Source: Acidimicrobiia bacterium
GTDB lineage: Bacteria > Actinomycetota > Acidimicrobiia > Spongiisociales > ZC4RG35
Length of the DNA stretch: 64,000 nucleotides
NCBI GenBank assembly: GCA_036259475.1
Contig: DATABS010000094.1
Span: 11,801 to 75,800, forward strand
Direction: 5' to 3'
A program made the position numbers and the translations under genes. The notes under the pieces are model-generated. The model worked only from the letters and a program-made list of their open reading frames with translations, searched no databases and was not told the DNA's origin. Positions 8,070 to 17,728 of this stretch are shown piece after piece. Numbering within the stretch: position 1 is the stretch's first letter; each line of letters begins with the position of its first letter.

Positions 8070-9626
8070 GTGGCAGGAGCGAACGGTCCGACCGGACCGG
8101 ATCTGGGAACCGAGGGTCTGTCGGCCGACGAGTTGGCCGGTGGCGTGTGCCGGGTGGGACATTTCGACGGCAAGCCCGTCGTCGTCGTCCGGACCGCAGA
8201 CGGTCTTCGCGCCGTTGGCGGGAGCTGCACTCACTATGGCGGCCCGCTCGGCGAGGGCCTGTGTGCCGAGGGACAGATCCATTGCCCGTGGCATCACGCC
8301 GCCTTCGATCTGACCACCGGCGAGGCGGTAGGTGCACCCGCGCTCAATTCCATCCCCGTATACGAACTCGACGAGCGGGACGGGCGTGTCTTCGTCGCCG
8401 GCCTCAGAGAGCGGCCGGATGTCGAACGCGTCCCGCCGGCGGTACCGGAGTCGGTGGTGATCGCCGGTTCGGGAGCGGCCGGGGCGGCGGCCGCCGAGGC
8501 GTTGCGTCGCTACGGCTACGAGGGGCCAATCTCACTGATCGGTCGGGAGGCGCCGGTCGACCGGCCCAATCTCTCGAAGGACTATCTCGCCGGGACGGCG
8601 CCGGAAGAATGGTTGCCGCTCCGATCCGAAGCCTTCTACTCCGACGCGGGGATCGATCTGATGACGGGCGTGGAAGTGGTTTCGATCCACCGCGCCGAGC
8701 GAGTCGTGCAACTCGACAACGGTGAGCGGGTGGGATACGGAGCCCTGTTGCTGGCCCTCGGGGCGGAGCCCCGCCCTCTCCCCGTCGCCGGTGCAGACCA
8801 GCCCCATGTCCACATGCTGCGCACACTCGAGGATAGCCGTCGGATCATCGCCGCCCTCGGCCGGGCGGAGCGGGTAGTGGTGATTGGAGCGGGCTTCATC
8901 GGCCTGGAGGTGGCGGCGTCGATGCGTCACCGCGAGATCGACGTGACCGTCGTCGCCCCAGAGGAGATCCCTCTGGCGGGCGTGATCGGCGAGTCGTTGG
9001 GCCGTTTCGTCCTCGATCTCCATCGTTCCAAGGGCGTCGAGTTCCGCCTCGGGCGGGGAGTGACCGAGATCGGCGAGAGGGCGGTGGTTCTCGACGACGG
9101 GTCCACCGTGCCGGCGGATCTGGTGGTGGTAGGCATCGGCGTCACGCCCCGGACCCAGATCGCCGAAGCCGCCGGACTGGAAGTCGACAACGGTGTGGTC
9201 GTCGATGCACTCCTGCGAACCAGCGATCCAAGGATCTGGGCGGCAGGAGACATCGCCCGATTTCCCAGCAATGACGGGCGACATGTGCGCGTAGAGCACT
9301 GGGTCCTGGCGGAGCGGCACGGTCAAGCCGCGGCGCGCAACATCCTGGGCCACGACCTTCCCTTCACGGATCCACCGTTCTTCTGGAGCCAGCATTACGA
9401 CGTTCCGATCAACGTCACCGGCCACCTGGCGGGATGGGACGCCGAGACGGTGGTGGGAGATCCCGCCAACCGTGATGTGATCGTCGGGTTCCGGCACGGT
9501 GGCAAGATCGCCGCCGTGGCGTCCATCTATCGGGACAAGGACAGCCTGGTCGCCGAGCAAGCACTCGCGCGAGGCGACCAGGAGACCCTCGAGGGCCTCC
9601 TGAAACAGGATCGGGTCGCCCGATGA
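8070..9626 (+). CDS. Rieske [2Fe-2S] domain fused to FAD/NAD(P)-dependent pyridine nucleotide-disulfide oxidoreductase (ferredoxin-reductase-like)
   Basis: Rieske motifs CTHYGGPL...CPWHHAAF at the N-terminus; GSGAAGAAAAE and VVIGAGFIGLEVAA dinucleotide-binding motifs; GTG start. Confidence 0.8.
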   Translation: MAGANGPTGPDLGTEGLSADELAGGVCRVGHFDGKPVVVVRTADGLRAVGGSCTHYGGPLGEGLCAEGQIHCPWHHAAFDLTTGEAVGAPALNSIPVYELDERDGRVFVAGLRERPDVERVPPAVPESVVIAGSGAAGAAAAEALRRYGYEGPISLIGREAPVDRPNLSKDYLAGTAPEEWLPLRSEAFYSDAGIDLMTGVEVVSIHRAERVVQLDNGERVGYGALLLALGAEPRPLPVAGADQPHVHMLRTLEDSRRIIAALGRAERVVVIGAGFIGLEVAASMRHREIDVTVVAPEEIPLAGVIGESLGRFVLDLHRSKGVEFRLGRGVTEIGERAVVLDDGSTVPADLVVVGIGVTPRTQIAEAAGLEVDNGVVVDALLRTSDPRIWAAGDIARFPSNDGRHVRVEHWVLAERHGQAAARNILGHDLPFTDPPFFWSQHYDVPINVTGHLAGWDAETVVGDPANRDVIVGFRHGGKIAAVASIYRDKDSLVAEQALARGDQETLEGLLKQDRVAR

Positions 9627-10240
9627 CGACTGCAAAGAAGCTAGATGCGTCGATCCCCGACCTGCGGGTCGTCGCGGGCGGGACGACGATGGATTTGGAG
9701 GCGGCGGAAGGGGCCGTTGCCGGACTGCTCGAGGCCCTCGGCCAGGATCTCGGTGATGAGCACACTCGTGACACCCCGCGGAGAGTGGCGGCCGCCTTCG
9801 CCGAGATGCTCACCCCGCGTCCATTCAACGTGACCACCTTTCCCAACGACGAGGGCTATGACGAGCTGGTGCTCGCCCGCGATATTCCATTCCACTCCCT
9901 GTGTCAGCACCATCTGCTGCCGTTCCATGGGATCGCCCACGTCGGCTACCTGCCCGGGCAGCGGATCCTGGGTTTGTCCAAGCTCGCCCGGGTCGTCGAG
10001 CTGTTTTCCCGCCGTTTGCAGGTCCAGGAGCGACTCACCCAACAGGTGGCTGACTGGCTCCAGGACGAGTTGCAGCCCAAAGGCGTGGGCGTGGTGCTGA
10101 GTGCCGAGCACCTCTGTATGTCGCTTCGGGGGGTGAAAGCGGACGGCTCTACCACCGTGACCTCGGCTCTCCACGGCTTGGTGCGCAGCGACCCGCGCTC
10201 GCGAGCCGAGTTCTTCTCACTTACCGGTCTGAGAAGCTGA
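9623..10240 (+). CDS. folE: GTP cyclohydrolase I
   Basis: conserved motifs TPRRVAAAFAEM, SLCQHHLLPF, VLSAEHLCMSLRGV; ATGA overlap with the upstream stop. Confidence 0.85.
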   Translation: MTTAKKLDASIPDLRVVAGGTTMDLEAAEGAVAGLLEALGQDLGDEHTRDTPRRVAAAFAEMLTPRPFNVTTFPNDEGYDELVLARDIPFHSLCQHHLLPFHGIAHVGYLPGQRILGLSKLARVVELFSRRLQVQERLTQQVADWLQDELQPKGVGVVLSAEHLCMSLRGVKADGSTTVTSALHGLVRSDPRSRAEFFSLTGLRS

Positions 10241-10335
10241 CGCGGGACAGGTCCGAGCCCGTCCGGGCGGGCACCACGGTTTCTCCCCGCGCCAGCGTGT
10301 CGCTCAGCTCTACGCCCGCCTGATAAGAAGCCGGA

Positions 10336-11046
10336 TCATGCCCGGCCGTAGACTCGGATCGTGGCGCCGTTCATCACCGAGGACTCGTCGGTGAGGACGA
10401 ATGAGGCCACGGCGGCGATCTCGTCGGGGGTGGGCCAGTGCACGTAGTCGGCATAGGGGAGGGCGGCGCGAGTCGCCGGAGTGTCGATCACCGAAGGCAT
10501 GAGCGCGTTGGCCGTCACCCCCGAGCCCTCCAGCTCCTGGGCGACGGTCTTAGCCAGGGCGACCACCCCGGCCTTGGCGACGTTGAACGCCGCCTGACCG
10601 GGAGGCGTGTCTTCCACCGCCCGGCTTCCGATCAGGAGAACTCTGCCCCAGCCGGCCTGGCGGAGATAGGGGACGGCCGCCCGTACGGCGTAGAAGGCAG
10701 AGCGGAGGTTGAGATCGATCATTCGCTCGAAGCGGACGTCGTCGGTCTCCTCGACGTCGCGGCCCCCGGCCCAACCGCCGACCAACGACACGAGATGATG
10801 TACGCCGCCCCAGGTGTCGGAAACCTCCTTGACGAACGAGTTGATCGACTCCGGATTGGTGGCGTCGACCCGCCGCAGGATGAGCCGATCGTCGTCGAGA
10901 TCGAAGGTGTCTTCGAAGGCGGCCGCCTCGTCGGGGAGGAGGTAGGTGACGGCGAACTTCAGATCCCGGTCGACCAGTCGCTTGACGAGCGCCGTGCCCA
11001 GACCCCCGGTTCCCCCGGTTATCACCGCCACTCGCTCGGCCACCAT
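10336..11046 (-). CDS. short-chain dehydrogenase/reductase (SDR) family oxidoreductase
   Basis: N-terminal TGGTGGLG Rossmann motif; length 236 aa. Confidence 0.8.
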   Translation of the reverse strand: MVAERVAVITGGTGGLGTALVKRLVDRDLKFAVTYLLPDEAAAFEDTFDLDDDRLILRRVDATNPESINSFVKEVSDTWGGVHHLVSLVGGWAGGRDVEETDDVRFERMIDLNLRSAFYAVRAAVPYLRQAGWGRVLLIGSRAVEDTPPGQAAFNVAKAGVVALAKTVAQELEGSGVTANALMPSVIDTPATRAALPYADYVHWPTPDEIAAVASFVLTDESSVMNGATIRVYGRA

Positions 11047-11131
11047 TCCTCCAGTTCTTGGGCGCTTACCCGGCCAACCTCGAGCCAGTCATGCTAGGTT
11101 GAGACGTGCCCTCGCGGAAGGAGACCCACGT

Positions 11132-12328
11132 ATGGCTTCGATCACCTTTGACAACGTAGGCAAGGTCTACCCAGGGGGGACACGGGCCATCTTTGGCGTC
11201 GACATCCACGTCGAAGACGGTGAGTTCGTCGTGCTGGTCGGCCCGTCGGGCTGCGGCAAGTCGACTCTGCTGCGGATGGTGGCCGGCCTGGAAGAGGTGA
11301 CGGAGGGCAAGCTGAGCATCGGCGATCGGGTGGTGAATGACGTGCCTCCCAAGGATCGGGACATCGCGATGGTGTTCCAGAACTACGCCCTCTACCCGCA
11401 CATGACCGTCTACGACAACATGGCGTTCGGGCTGAAGCTGCGCAAGATGGCCGACGACGAGATCGACCGGCGGGTGAACGACGCCGCCCGGGTTCTGGAA
11501 ATCTCCGACTACCTCGACCGCCGTCCGAAGGCTCTGTCGGGCGGCCAGCGTCAGCGGGTGGCGATGGGCCGGGCCATCGTGCGTGAGCCGGCCGCCTTCC
11601 TCATGGACGAGCCGCTGTCCAACCTCGATGCCAAGCTCCGTGTGCAGATGCGCTCCGAGATCGGACTGCTGCAGGAGCGCCTCGGCACCACCACTCTCTA
11701 CGTGACCCACGACCAGGTAGAGGCGATGACGATGGGCGATCGGGTGGCGGTGTTGCGCAAGATCTCCGCCGAGCAGGGCAACCTCCAGCAGATCGACAGT
11801 CCCCGGAACCTGTACGACAACCCCAACAACCTCTTCGTGGCCGGCTTCATCGGCAGTCCGTCGATGAACTTCGTCTACGGGACGCTGCAGGAGGAGAACG
11901 GTTCGCTGGGTGTGAAGTTCGCCGGCAACACCCTCAAGGTGAGCCGCGAGGCGGTGAGCAACCGTCCCAACCTGGCCTCGTATGCCGGCAAGGAGCTCGT
12001 CATCGGCCTCCGGCCCGAGGCATTCGAGATCGAGAGTGCCGCGCCCCAGGCAGAGAACAAGATCCCGATCAAGGTGAACCTGACCGAGCAGCTCGGTTCC
12101 GAGGCGTTCGTCCACTTCGACCTCGACTCGCCGCCTGTCATAACCCCGGACATCCAGGAGCTGTTGGAGGATCAGGGAGCCGATGCCGAGTCGCTCGGCT
12201 CGAGCACCAAGTTCACCGCCCGGGTCAACCCGGATCTGGCCCCTCGCGCCGGTGAGGAGGCCCGTCTCGCCGTCGAGACCTCTAAGCTGCACTACTTCGA
12301 CCGGGACACCGGATCTGCTATCCGATAG
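11132..12328 (+). CDS. msiK: sugar ABC transporter ATP-binding protein (MsiK/UgpC/MalK type) with C-terminal TOBE-like domain
   Basis: Walker A GPSGCGKST, signature LSGGQRQRV, Walker B FLMDEPLSNLD; ATG at 11132 preceded by ggaaggaga SD (the longer ORF-track start is rejected). Confidence 0.85.
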   Translation: MASITFDNVGKVYPGGTRAIFGVDIHVEDGEFVVLVGPSGCGKSTLLRMVAGLEEVTEGKLSIGDRVVNDVPPKDRDIAMVFQNYALYPHMTVYDNMAFGLKLRKMADDEIDRRVNDAARVLEISDYLDRRPKALSGGQRQRVAMGRAIVREPAAFLMDEPLSNLDAKLRVQMRSEIGLLQERLGTTTLYVTHDQVEAMTMGDRVAVLRKISAEQGNLQQIDSPRNLYDNPNNLFVAGFIGSPSMNFVYGTLQEENGSLGVKFAGNTLKVSREAVSNRPNLASYAGKELVIGLRPEAFEIESAAPQAENKIPIKVNLTEQLGSEAFVHFDLDSPPVITPDIQELLEDQGADAESLGSSTKFTARVNPDLAPRAGEEARLAVETSKLHYFDRDTGSAIR

Positions 12329-12344
12329 GAGAGCGGGCTAACGT

Positions 12345-12375
12345 GATCGAGGGCGGCAGCGGCCGCCCTCGATCG
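12345..12375. terminator. perfect 13-bp GC-rich hairpin (gatcgagggcggc...gccgccctcgatc) between convergent msiK and the MBL gene
   Basis: inverted repeat read from sequence, followed by gattttc. Confidence 0.5.
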
Positions 12376-12390
12376 CGTCCAGTCTGATTT

Positions 12391-13083
12391 TCAGCCGGTG
12401 TCGACCAGGTCGCCGACGCGGGCGGAGGCGTTGCCTTCGACCGGTTTCCCGTGTCCGAACACCACCGTGTCGAAGGAGAGCTCGGCCAGTTTGGCGACCG
12501 AGCCGACGGCGACGGCCATGTCGTCGGAGAACCGGGGATCGGGACCGGCCACCCCCCCATCGGCGCCGACCAGGGCGTCACCCGCCAAGAGTAGATCGAG
12601 CTCGGAATCGAGAAACGAAAGGTGGCCGGGGGTGTGGCCGGGCGTCTCGATGACCTGGAGGCCCATCACTTGGTCCCCGTCTCCCACGGTCGACAGCGGT
12701 CGCGGGGACGTCACGGCATCGGCATCGCCGGCACCGACGTAGCCGGTAGCTTCGGGGGCGGCTTCGAGCACCTCGGCCAGTGAGCCGACATGGTCGGGAT
12801 GAGCATGGGTGAGGGCGACGTATCCCACGTCGCTCCAGGTGAGACCCAAGCCGCCGACGGCCGTCTCGATCGAGCCGGCGCTGCCTGCCACACCGGTGTC
12901 GACAACCACCGCTTCTCCATTGCGGGCGATCACGTACGCCGATACCGAGCCGAGATCCACCCGCCGCCACGGGTCTCCTCCTTCGGCGGCCGGTTCGGAG
13001 CACGCGACGCCGAGCACGGCCACCGCCAAACCGGTCTTGCCCAGATCGGTCAAGAAGACCCGGCGAGTGAGCCTGAGGGACAT
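12391..13083 (-). CDS. MBL-fold metallo-hydrolase, Tat/Sec-exported (TRRVFL twin-arginine-like signal)
   Basis: THAHPDHVGS (HxHxDH) motif; N-terminal MSLRLTRRVFLTDLGKTGLAVAVLGVACS. Confidence 0.75.
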   Translation of the reverse strand: MSLRLTRRVFLTDLGKTGLAVAVLGVACSEPAAEGGDPWRRVDLGSVSAYVIARNGEAVVVDTGVAGSAGSIETAVGGLGLTWSDVGYVALTHAHPDHVGSLAEVLEAAPEATGYVGAGDADAVTSPRPLSTVGDGDQVMGLQVIETPGHTPGHLSFLDSELDLLLAGDALVGADGGVAGPDPRFSDDMAVAVGSVAKLAELSFDTVVFGHGKPVEGNASARVGDLVDTG

Positions 13084-13102
13084 GAATCCGAGGGTACCCG
13101 GG

Positions 13103-13852
13103 TCAGGGACGGATCAGCTTGAACGCTTCAGCGGATGCCAGCTCGACTGGTTCGCCGTGACGGCGGGCGAGATCACGCAACCGTTCGGCGAAGGCGGCCC
13201 GGGCCTCCGGTGAGCGGGCGGCGTCGCCCATCGTCGTCGCCGTCTGGCTGGAGTGGCACAACAACGCCTGGATCTTCGTTTCGAAGGTTGCCGCGATGTC
13301 CTCGAAGTGGTCTGGTTCGTCGGCCTGCCACAGGAGAACGGCGTCGGGACGATGCTTGTCGAGCCCCTGCTCGGGGAAGAACAGGTGGTCTCGGGCCGCC
13401 ACCACGCCGTCGATCAGCGCCCAGCCGGCCGCCCGATGGTCGGGATGGAGCATGTATCGGCGCCAGGGATCGTGGCCCAGCACCACGCCGGGACGGACGG
13501 TTCGGATCCATCGGCACACCTCCTCACGGAGGGCGAGGGAGCTCTCCAGTTCGCCATCGACGTGATCCAGTTGGACGACTCGCTCCGCTCCGATGACCGA
13601 AGCGGCTTGCTCCTGTTCCCGACGGCGGGACTCGATGAGCTCGCCGACTGGGCGGTCCTCCTCCCAGGTTCCCTTTGAGCCGTCGGTGAGGACGAGCATC
13701 GTCACCCGGCAGCCGGCGGCCGCCCACCGGGCCAGCGTACCGCCCGCTCCGAACTCGGCGTCGTCGGGGTGGGCGCCCACGCTGAGGGCCGACGCCGGGA
13801 CCTCGAGGCCGCCGGAAAGCGGGGGCCGAGCGTCGTCGTAGAGGTTGGTCAC
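13103..13852 (-). CDS. PIG-L/LmbE-family N-acetylglucosaminyl deacetylase
   Basis: AHPDDAEFGAGG motif; GTG start at 13852 overlapping the cofC stop (GTGA); the Arg/Pro-rich ORF extension upstream is rejected as GC artefact. Confidence 0.65.
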   Translation of the reverse strand: MTNLYDDARPPLSGGLEVPASALSVGAHPDDAEFGAGGTLARWAAAGCRVTMLVLTDGSKGTWEEDRPVGELIESRRREQEQAASVIGAERVVQLDHVDGELESSLALREEVCRWIRTVRPGVVLGHDPWRRYMLHPDHRAAGWALIDGVVAARDHLFFPEQGLDKHRPDAVLLWQADEPDHFEDIAATFETKIQALLCHSSQTATTMGDAARSPEARAAFAERLRDLARRHGEPVELASAEAFKLIRP

Positions 13853-14445
13853 ACCTTGGGAGGGTATCGCCGGAGCCAGGCGCCTCGGGGCGCGGCACTG
13901 GCGGCTCGCCAGTCGGAAGGACTGTCGAGATCCAGCGCCAGTCCGAGGCGCACGAGGACACGGGGCGATGCCATTCGACCCAGATGGCGCTGGAAGCTGC
14001 CCGCCCCGTAAGAGAACTGGAAGGATCCGATCCCTCCGATCAGCGACGTCCCCCCATCGTCGCTGGGAGCGATGGGGTGATCTCCTCCGTCGATGGCCTC
14101 GAGAGCGAGGATGATGTCTTCGGGGCGAAGGAGTGGCAGATCGGCATGGACGATGAGCCACGGCATTCCTCGCGAGGTCGCCCGGTCGACGGCGGCGAGG
14201 GCGGCTCCGTCGAGGCCGCCTCCGGCGTCGACCCACGCTTCCCATCCCTGCCGGCGGGCCCACGTCGCCACCTCCTCGTCAGATGCCAGGGCCACTACGT
14301 CGGCTCCTGCCTTCGCCACCGTTTCCAGCGTGTGAGCTGCCAGATCGCGACCGAGCCGGGAACGGGCACCGGCGTCGAGGACGGGTGACAGCCGCTGTTT
14401 GGCGACATAGAAGCGCTTGACGGGTACGGCAGCGAGGACCGGCAT
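13849..14445 (-). CDS. cofC: 2-phospho-L-lactate guanylyltransferase (coenzyme F420 biosynthesis, CofC/FbiD)
   Basis: N-terminus MPVLAAVPVKRFYVAKQRL and HADLPLL / DGGTSLIG motifs typical of CofC; only the last 198 codons of the 493-aa track ORF are coding. Confidence 0.6.
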   Translation of the reverse strand: MPVLAAVPVKRFYVAKQRLSPVLDAGARSRLGRDLAAHTLETVAKAGADVVALASDEEVATWARRQGWEAWVDAGGGLDGAALAAVDRATSRGMPWLIVHADLPLLRPEDIILALEAIDGGDHPIAPSDDGGTSLIGGIGSFQFSYGAGSFQRHLGRMASPRVLVRLGLALDLDSPSDWRAASAAPRGAWLRRYPPKV

Positions 14446-14477
14446 TTGGTGCAGCGTATCGGTGGAGGATTGCTTGG

Positions 14478-15266
14478 TCAGCGGCCCGGGTCGAGGATCC
14501 GCGCCATCTGGCGGCTGCGTGCGACCAGTTTTCCTTGGGAGTCCCACAGGTCTGCGGATTCGTCGTGGTAACCCCCTTCGACCACATCGGTTCGTAGCCA
14601 CGCCGTCACCGGTCCGGCGGCGGGGTGATTCCAGAAGTGGATCGTCAACTCGAGCGTTGGAGTCCAGGCCATGTAGCCCAGGTTGAAGGCGACCGGGGCG
14701 AACCCGTCGGCGAACACCGGCAGGGCGAGCAGGTCCGGTGGGCGTCCGTCGGCGAAGGCGATAGTCCCGCCGATTTCGGGCTCGCCGGTGGGCCGGCCCA
14801 GGGCGCCGCCGGCCACCGCAGTCGGAATCTGATACTCGAAGTTCTCGGGAAACTCCTGGATGAGAAGGCTCCGTTCCGTCTCGAAAGGACCTGTCAGGTC
14901 CGGCGGAGCCAGGAAGCTCTGCGAGGGCCCGTCGCGGTCCAGCTGGCCGAGTGTCGCAAGCATCCGTACCCGTTCCCGGTCGCCCTGGGCGAGCGCCAGC
15001 ATGAGAATGGTCGTCGATCGACCGTCCTTGACCACCTGAGCGCTGATCTCGACCGGTCCGGGGACCGTGGGGGATAGGAAGTGGGCCGTGACCGTCAGAG
15101 GGTCGGGATGGTCGGATACCGCCTGGGCGGCCCGAAGCATCATGGCCATCACATAGCCCCCGTTGGGCACCTTCTCGATCGTCCACCGCTCGTGCACCAC
15201 AGCCGAGAACCTGCCGTCGGCAACTGCCTCGACCGCAGTGTCGACGTCGAACCGAAAGCCCTCCAT
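14478..15266 (-). CDS. acyl-CoA thioesterase family protein (double hotdog fold)
   Basis: about 260 aa with two hotdog-like halves; weak family assignment from sequence. Confidence 0.5.
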   Translation of the reverse strand: MEGFRFDVDTAVEAVADGRFSAVVHERWTIEKVPNGGYVMAMMLRAAQAVSDHPDPLTVTAHFLSPTVPGPVEISAQVVKDGRSTTILMLALAQGDRERVRMLATLGQLDRDGPSQSFLAPPDLTGPFETERSLLIQEFPENFEYQIPTAVAGGALGRPTGEPEIGGTIAFADGRPPDLLALPVFADGFAPVAFNLGYMAWTPTLELTIHFWNHPAAGPVTAWLRTDVVEGGYHDESADLWDSQGKLVARSRQMARILDPGR

Positions 15267-15332
15267 GGCCGCAGGCTAACCGGCCCACCCACCGGTTTTC
15301 GCTCGCCGTCCCGGCATGACGACAATCCACTC

Positions 15333-16913
15333 ATGCAACCCAAGGTCGTCGTCGCCGAGAAGATCGCCGATTCGGGCATCGAGACCCTCCAGGCCTCATG
15401 CCGCGTGGAAATGGCGGTCGGGGTGGAGCGGACCGAGCTCCTTTCCCGGATGGGCGATGCCGAGGGGCTGGTGGTCCGCTCCGCTACCCAGGTCGACGCC
15501 GAACTGATCGCCGCCGCGCCTCGACTTCGGGTGATCGGGCGAGCGGGCATCGGAGTCGACAACATCGACGTCGGCGCAGCCACCGAGGCGGGCATCGTGG
15601 TGGTCAACGCGCCTCAGGCCAACATCATCTCGGCTGCCGAGCACGCTCTCGCCCTGATGCTCGCCCAGGCGCGCAACGTGCCGAGGGCCGACGCCACGCT
15701 CCGCTCGGGCGTGTGGGATCGGTCCCGGTTCGAGGGCGTCGAATTGCACGGCAAGACGCTGGGGGTGATCGGCCTCGGCCGGATCGGAACTTTGGTCGCC
15801 CAGCGGGCGCTGGCCTTCGGCATGCGGCTCACCGCCTATGACCCCTACGTGTCGGAGGAGAGAGGGCGACGACTCGGGGTGGAGATGGTCGACCTCGACT
15901 CGCTTCTCGCCGAATCGGACTTCATCACCATCCACCTGCCGATGACGTCCGACACCGAGGGGCTCATCGGCAAGGAGGCGTTGAGCAAGGTCAAGCCAGG
16001 CGTCCGGATCGTCAACGCCGCCCGAGGCGGGATCCTCGACGAGGATGCGCTGGCCGAAGCCATACGAGAAGGAAGGGTGGCGGGCGCCGCCCTCGACGTC
16101 TACTCCGCTGAGCCGCTGACCGAGTCGCCCTTGTTCCATGAGGACCGTGTGGTAGTGACGCCTCATCTCGGCGCTTCGACCGCCGAGGCCCAGGACAAGG
16201 CGGGAACTGACGTCGCCGAAGCGGTGGCCGCAGCGCTGCGCGGCGAGCTCGTTCTCTCCGCAGTCAACGTCGACATGGGGTCGTCCGTCCCAGACGAAGT
16301 CGCCGCCTATCTCCCCGTCGCCGAACAGCTAGGCCGGGTATTCACGGCTCTCGCCGGGGGGCTGCCCGAGCGGCTCACCGTCCGGGTCGCGGGCCGAGTG
16401 GGGTCCGGAGAAGTCCGGCCGCTGACGCTCGCAGTCATGAAAGGAGCCCTCTCCTCGGTGTCGTCGCGAGCCGTCACCTACGTCAACGTCCCGTCTCTCG
16501 CCGACCAGCACGGCATCTCGGTCGACCAGGAGACATCGGCCGAAGCCCAGCATTACCAGTCGGTGGTCAGCGTGCGGGGCAGCGTGGGAGGGAGAGAGGC
16601 CTCCGTGTCCGCGACCCGCACCCGCAAGGGTCCCACTCTGGTTGAGATCCTCGGCCATGATGTCGAGCTGCCCGTGTCGTCCCGGATGCTCATCGTCCGG
16701 AATGCCGACGTGCCCGGTGTGATCGGCCGGCTCGGGTCATTCCTCGGCGATCAAGGAGTCAACATCGCCAACATGGTGGTCGGCCGTGCGCCGGGCACCG
16801 GCGACGCCGCCATGATGGGTCTGAACCTCGATGACTCTCTGACCGACGACCAGTTGGCCCAACTCCGCCGGCTGCAAGGTATAGAAGAAGCCCGCTACGT
16901 GTCGCTCGGCTAG
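15333..16913 (+). CDS. serA: D-3-phosphoglycerate dehydrogenase with C-terminal ACT domain
   Basis: NAD-binding GVIGLGRIGTLVAQR, catalytic region, 526 aa; ATG at 15333 (the upstream ORF-track extension is rejected). Confidence 0.9.
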   Translation: MQPKVVVAEKIADSGIETLQASCRVEMAVGVERTELLSRMGDAEGLVVRSATQVDAELIAAAPRLRVIGRAGIGVDNIDVGAATEAGIVVVNAPQANIISAAEHALALMLAQARNVPRADATLRSGVWDRSRFEGVELHGKTLGVIGLGRIGTLVAQRALAFGMRLTAYDPYVSEERGRRLGVEMVDLDSLLAESDFITIHLPMTSDTEGLIGKEALSKVKPGVRIVNAARGGILDEDALAEAIREGRVAGAALDVYSAEPLTESPLFHEDRVVVTPHLGASTAEAQDKAGTDVAEAVAAALRGELVLSAVNVDMGSSVPDEVAAYLPVAEQLGRVFTALAGGLPERLTVRVAGRVGSGEVRPLTLAVMKGALSSVSSRAVTYVNVPSLADQHGISVDQETSAEAQHYQSVVSVRGSVGGREASVSATRTRKGPTLVEILGHDVELPVSSRMLIVRNADVPGVIGRLGSFLGDQGVNIANMVVGRAPGTGDAAMMGLNLDDSLTDDQLAQLRRLQGIEEARYVSLG

Positions 16914-17728
16914 GCGGCTCGGTCGGCGAAGGTCACGTCGGCCTCGAAGCCGGCCCTCCCGCCGACCCGGCGGACGCTCCTCAGCACCACGCCGCCCACC
17001 AGCGCGATCATGCCCGCGGTGGTGACCGCCCGACCGAGATCCCAGCCGAGCGACGTCGCCAGGCTGAAGCCGAGGAATCGGCCCAAATTGTCGGTGACCG
17101 GAGCGCCGGGAACGAACGACAGGGAGGTGCCTGGACCGAGGGTGAAAGGCCAGAACGAGAGGTTCATCAACAGGCCGAAGACCAGAGAGGACAACGCTCC
17201 GTAGGCGGCCAGAAGGGCGAGTTCCTTACGGCCGCCGAGGGCCGGCAGCAGCCCCGCTCCCATTCCGACCCACGAGGCGGCCAGCATCTGATACGGCAGC
17301 CACGGACCCACCCCGCCGGTGATGAAGGCCGAGACCACCAGCGTGGTGGAACCCAGAACGAATCCGAAGCCCGGCCCGAAGGCTCTCCCCCCCAGCACGA
17401 TCATGAAGAAGACGAGCTCGACCCCACCGGCACCGGCCCCCAGAGGTCGGAGGGCGGCGCCGAGAGCGGAGAGCACTCCCAGCATGGCCACCGTCTTGGC
17501 GTCGAGGCCGCCACCGGCGATTTCCCCGATGACGACCGCCCCGACCAGTGGCAAGACGAGCGCGAACAGGAGCGGGGCGACGTCCGTCTGGGCCAGGGAG
17601 CTGTCCGAGGAGATGAACAACGGCCAGGCGAAGGCGAGGATGCTGGCGACCGCGGCCAGGCCGAGTGTGATTCCCGACCGAGATCGAACCGGGATCACAC
17701 TTCGGCGGGCCGGCATCGATGCGGTCAT
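16910..17728 (-). CDS. ECF transporter S (substrate-capture) component, candidate corrinoid-specific
   Basis: multi-pass membrane protein; ATGA overlap with the ecfA stop; last gene of the riboswitch-controlled operon. Confidence 0.6.
   Translation of the reverse strand: MTASMPARRSVIPVRSRSGITLGLAAVASILAFAWPLFISSDSSLAQTDVAPLLFALVLPLVGAVVIGEIAGGGLDAKTVAMLGVLSALGAALRPLGAGAGGVELVFFMIVLGGRAFGPGFGFVLGSTTLVVSAFITGGVGPWLPYQMLAASWVGMGAGLLPALGGRKELALLAAYGALSSLVFGLLMNLSFWPFTLGPGTSLSFVPGAPVTDNLGRFLGFSLATSLGWDLGRAVTTAGMIALVGGVVLRSVRRVGGRAGFEADVTFADRAA

Noticed and set aside
13849-15330. 493-aa minus-strand ORF treated as one gene
   Set aside because: Only the C-terminal 198 codons (from ATG at 14445) show CofC motifs. 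The upstream 295 codons are Arg/Pro-rich read-through overlapping the thioesterase gene on the same strand in another frame.
15081-15332. Upstream in-frame extensions of serA (from 15081), msiK (from 10946), murA (from 39750), boxB (from 49448) and pcaG (from 53060) suggested by the ORF track
   Set aside because: Family-typical N-termini begin at internal ATG/GTG codons with SD-like sequences or overlap junctions. The extensions are low-complexity and overlap upstream genes.
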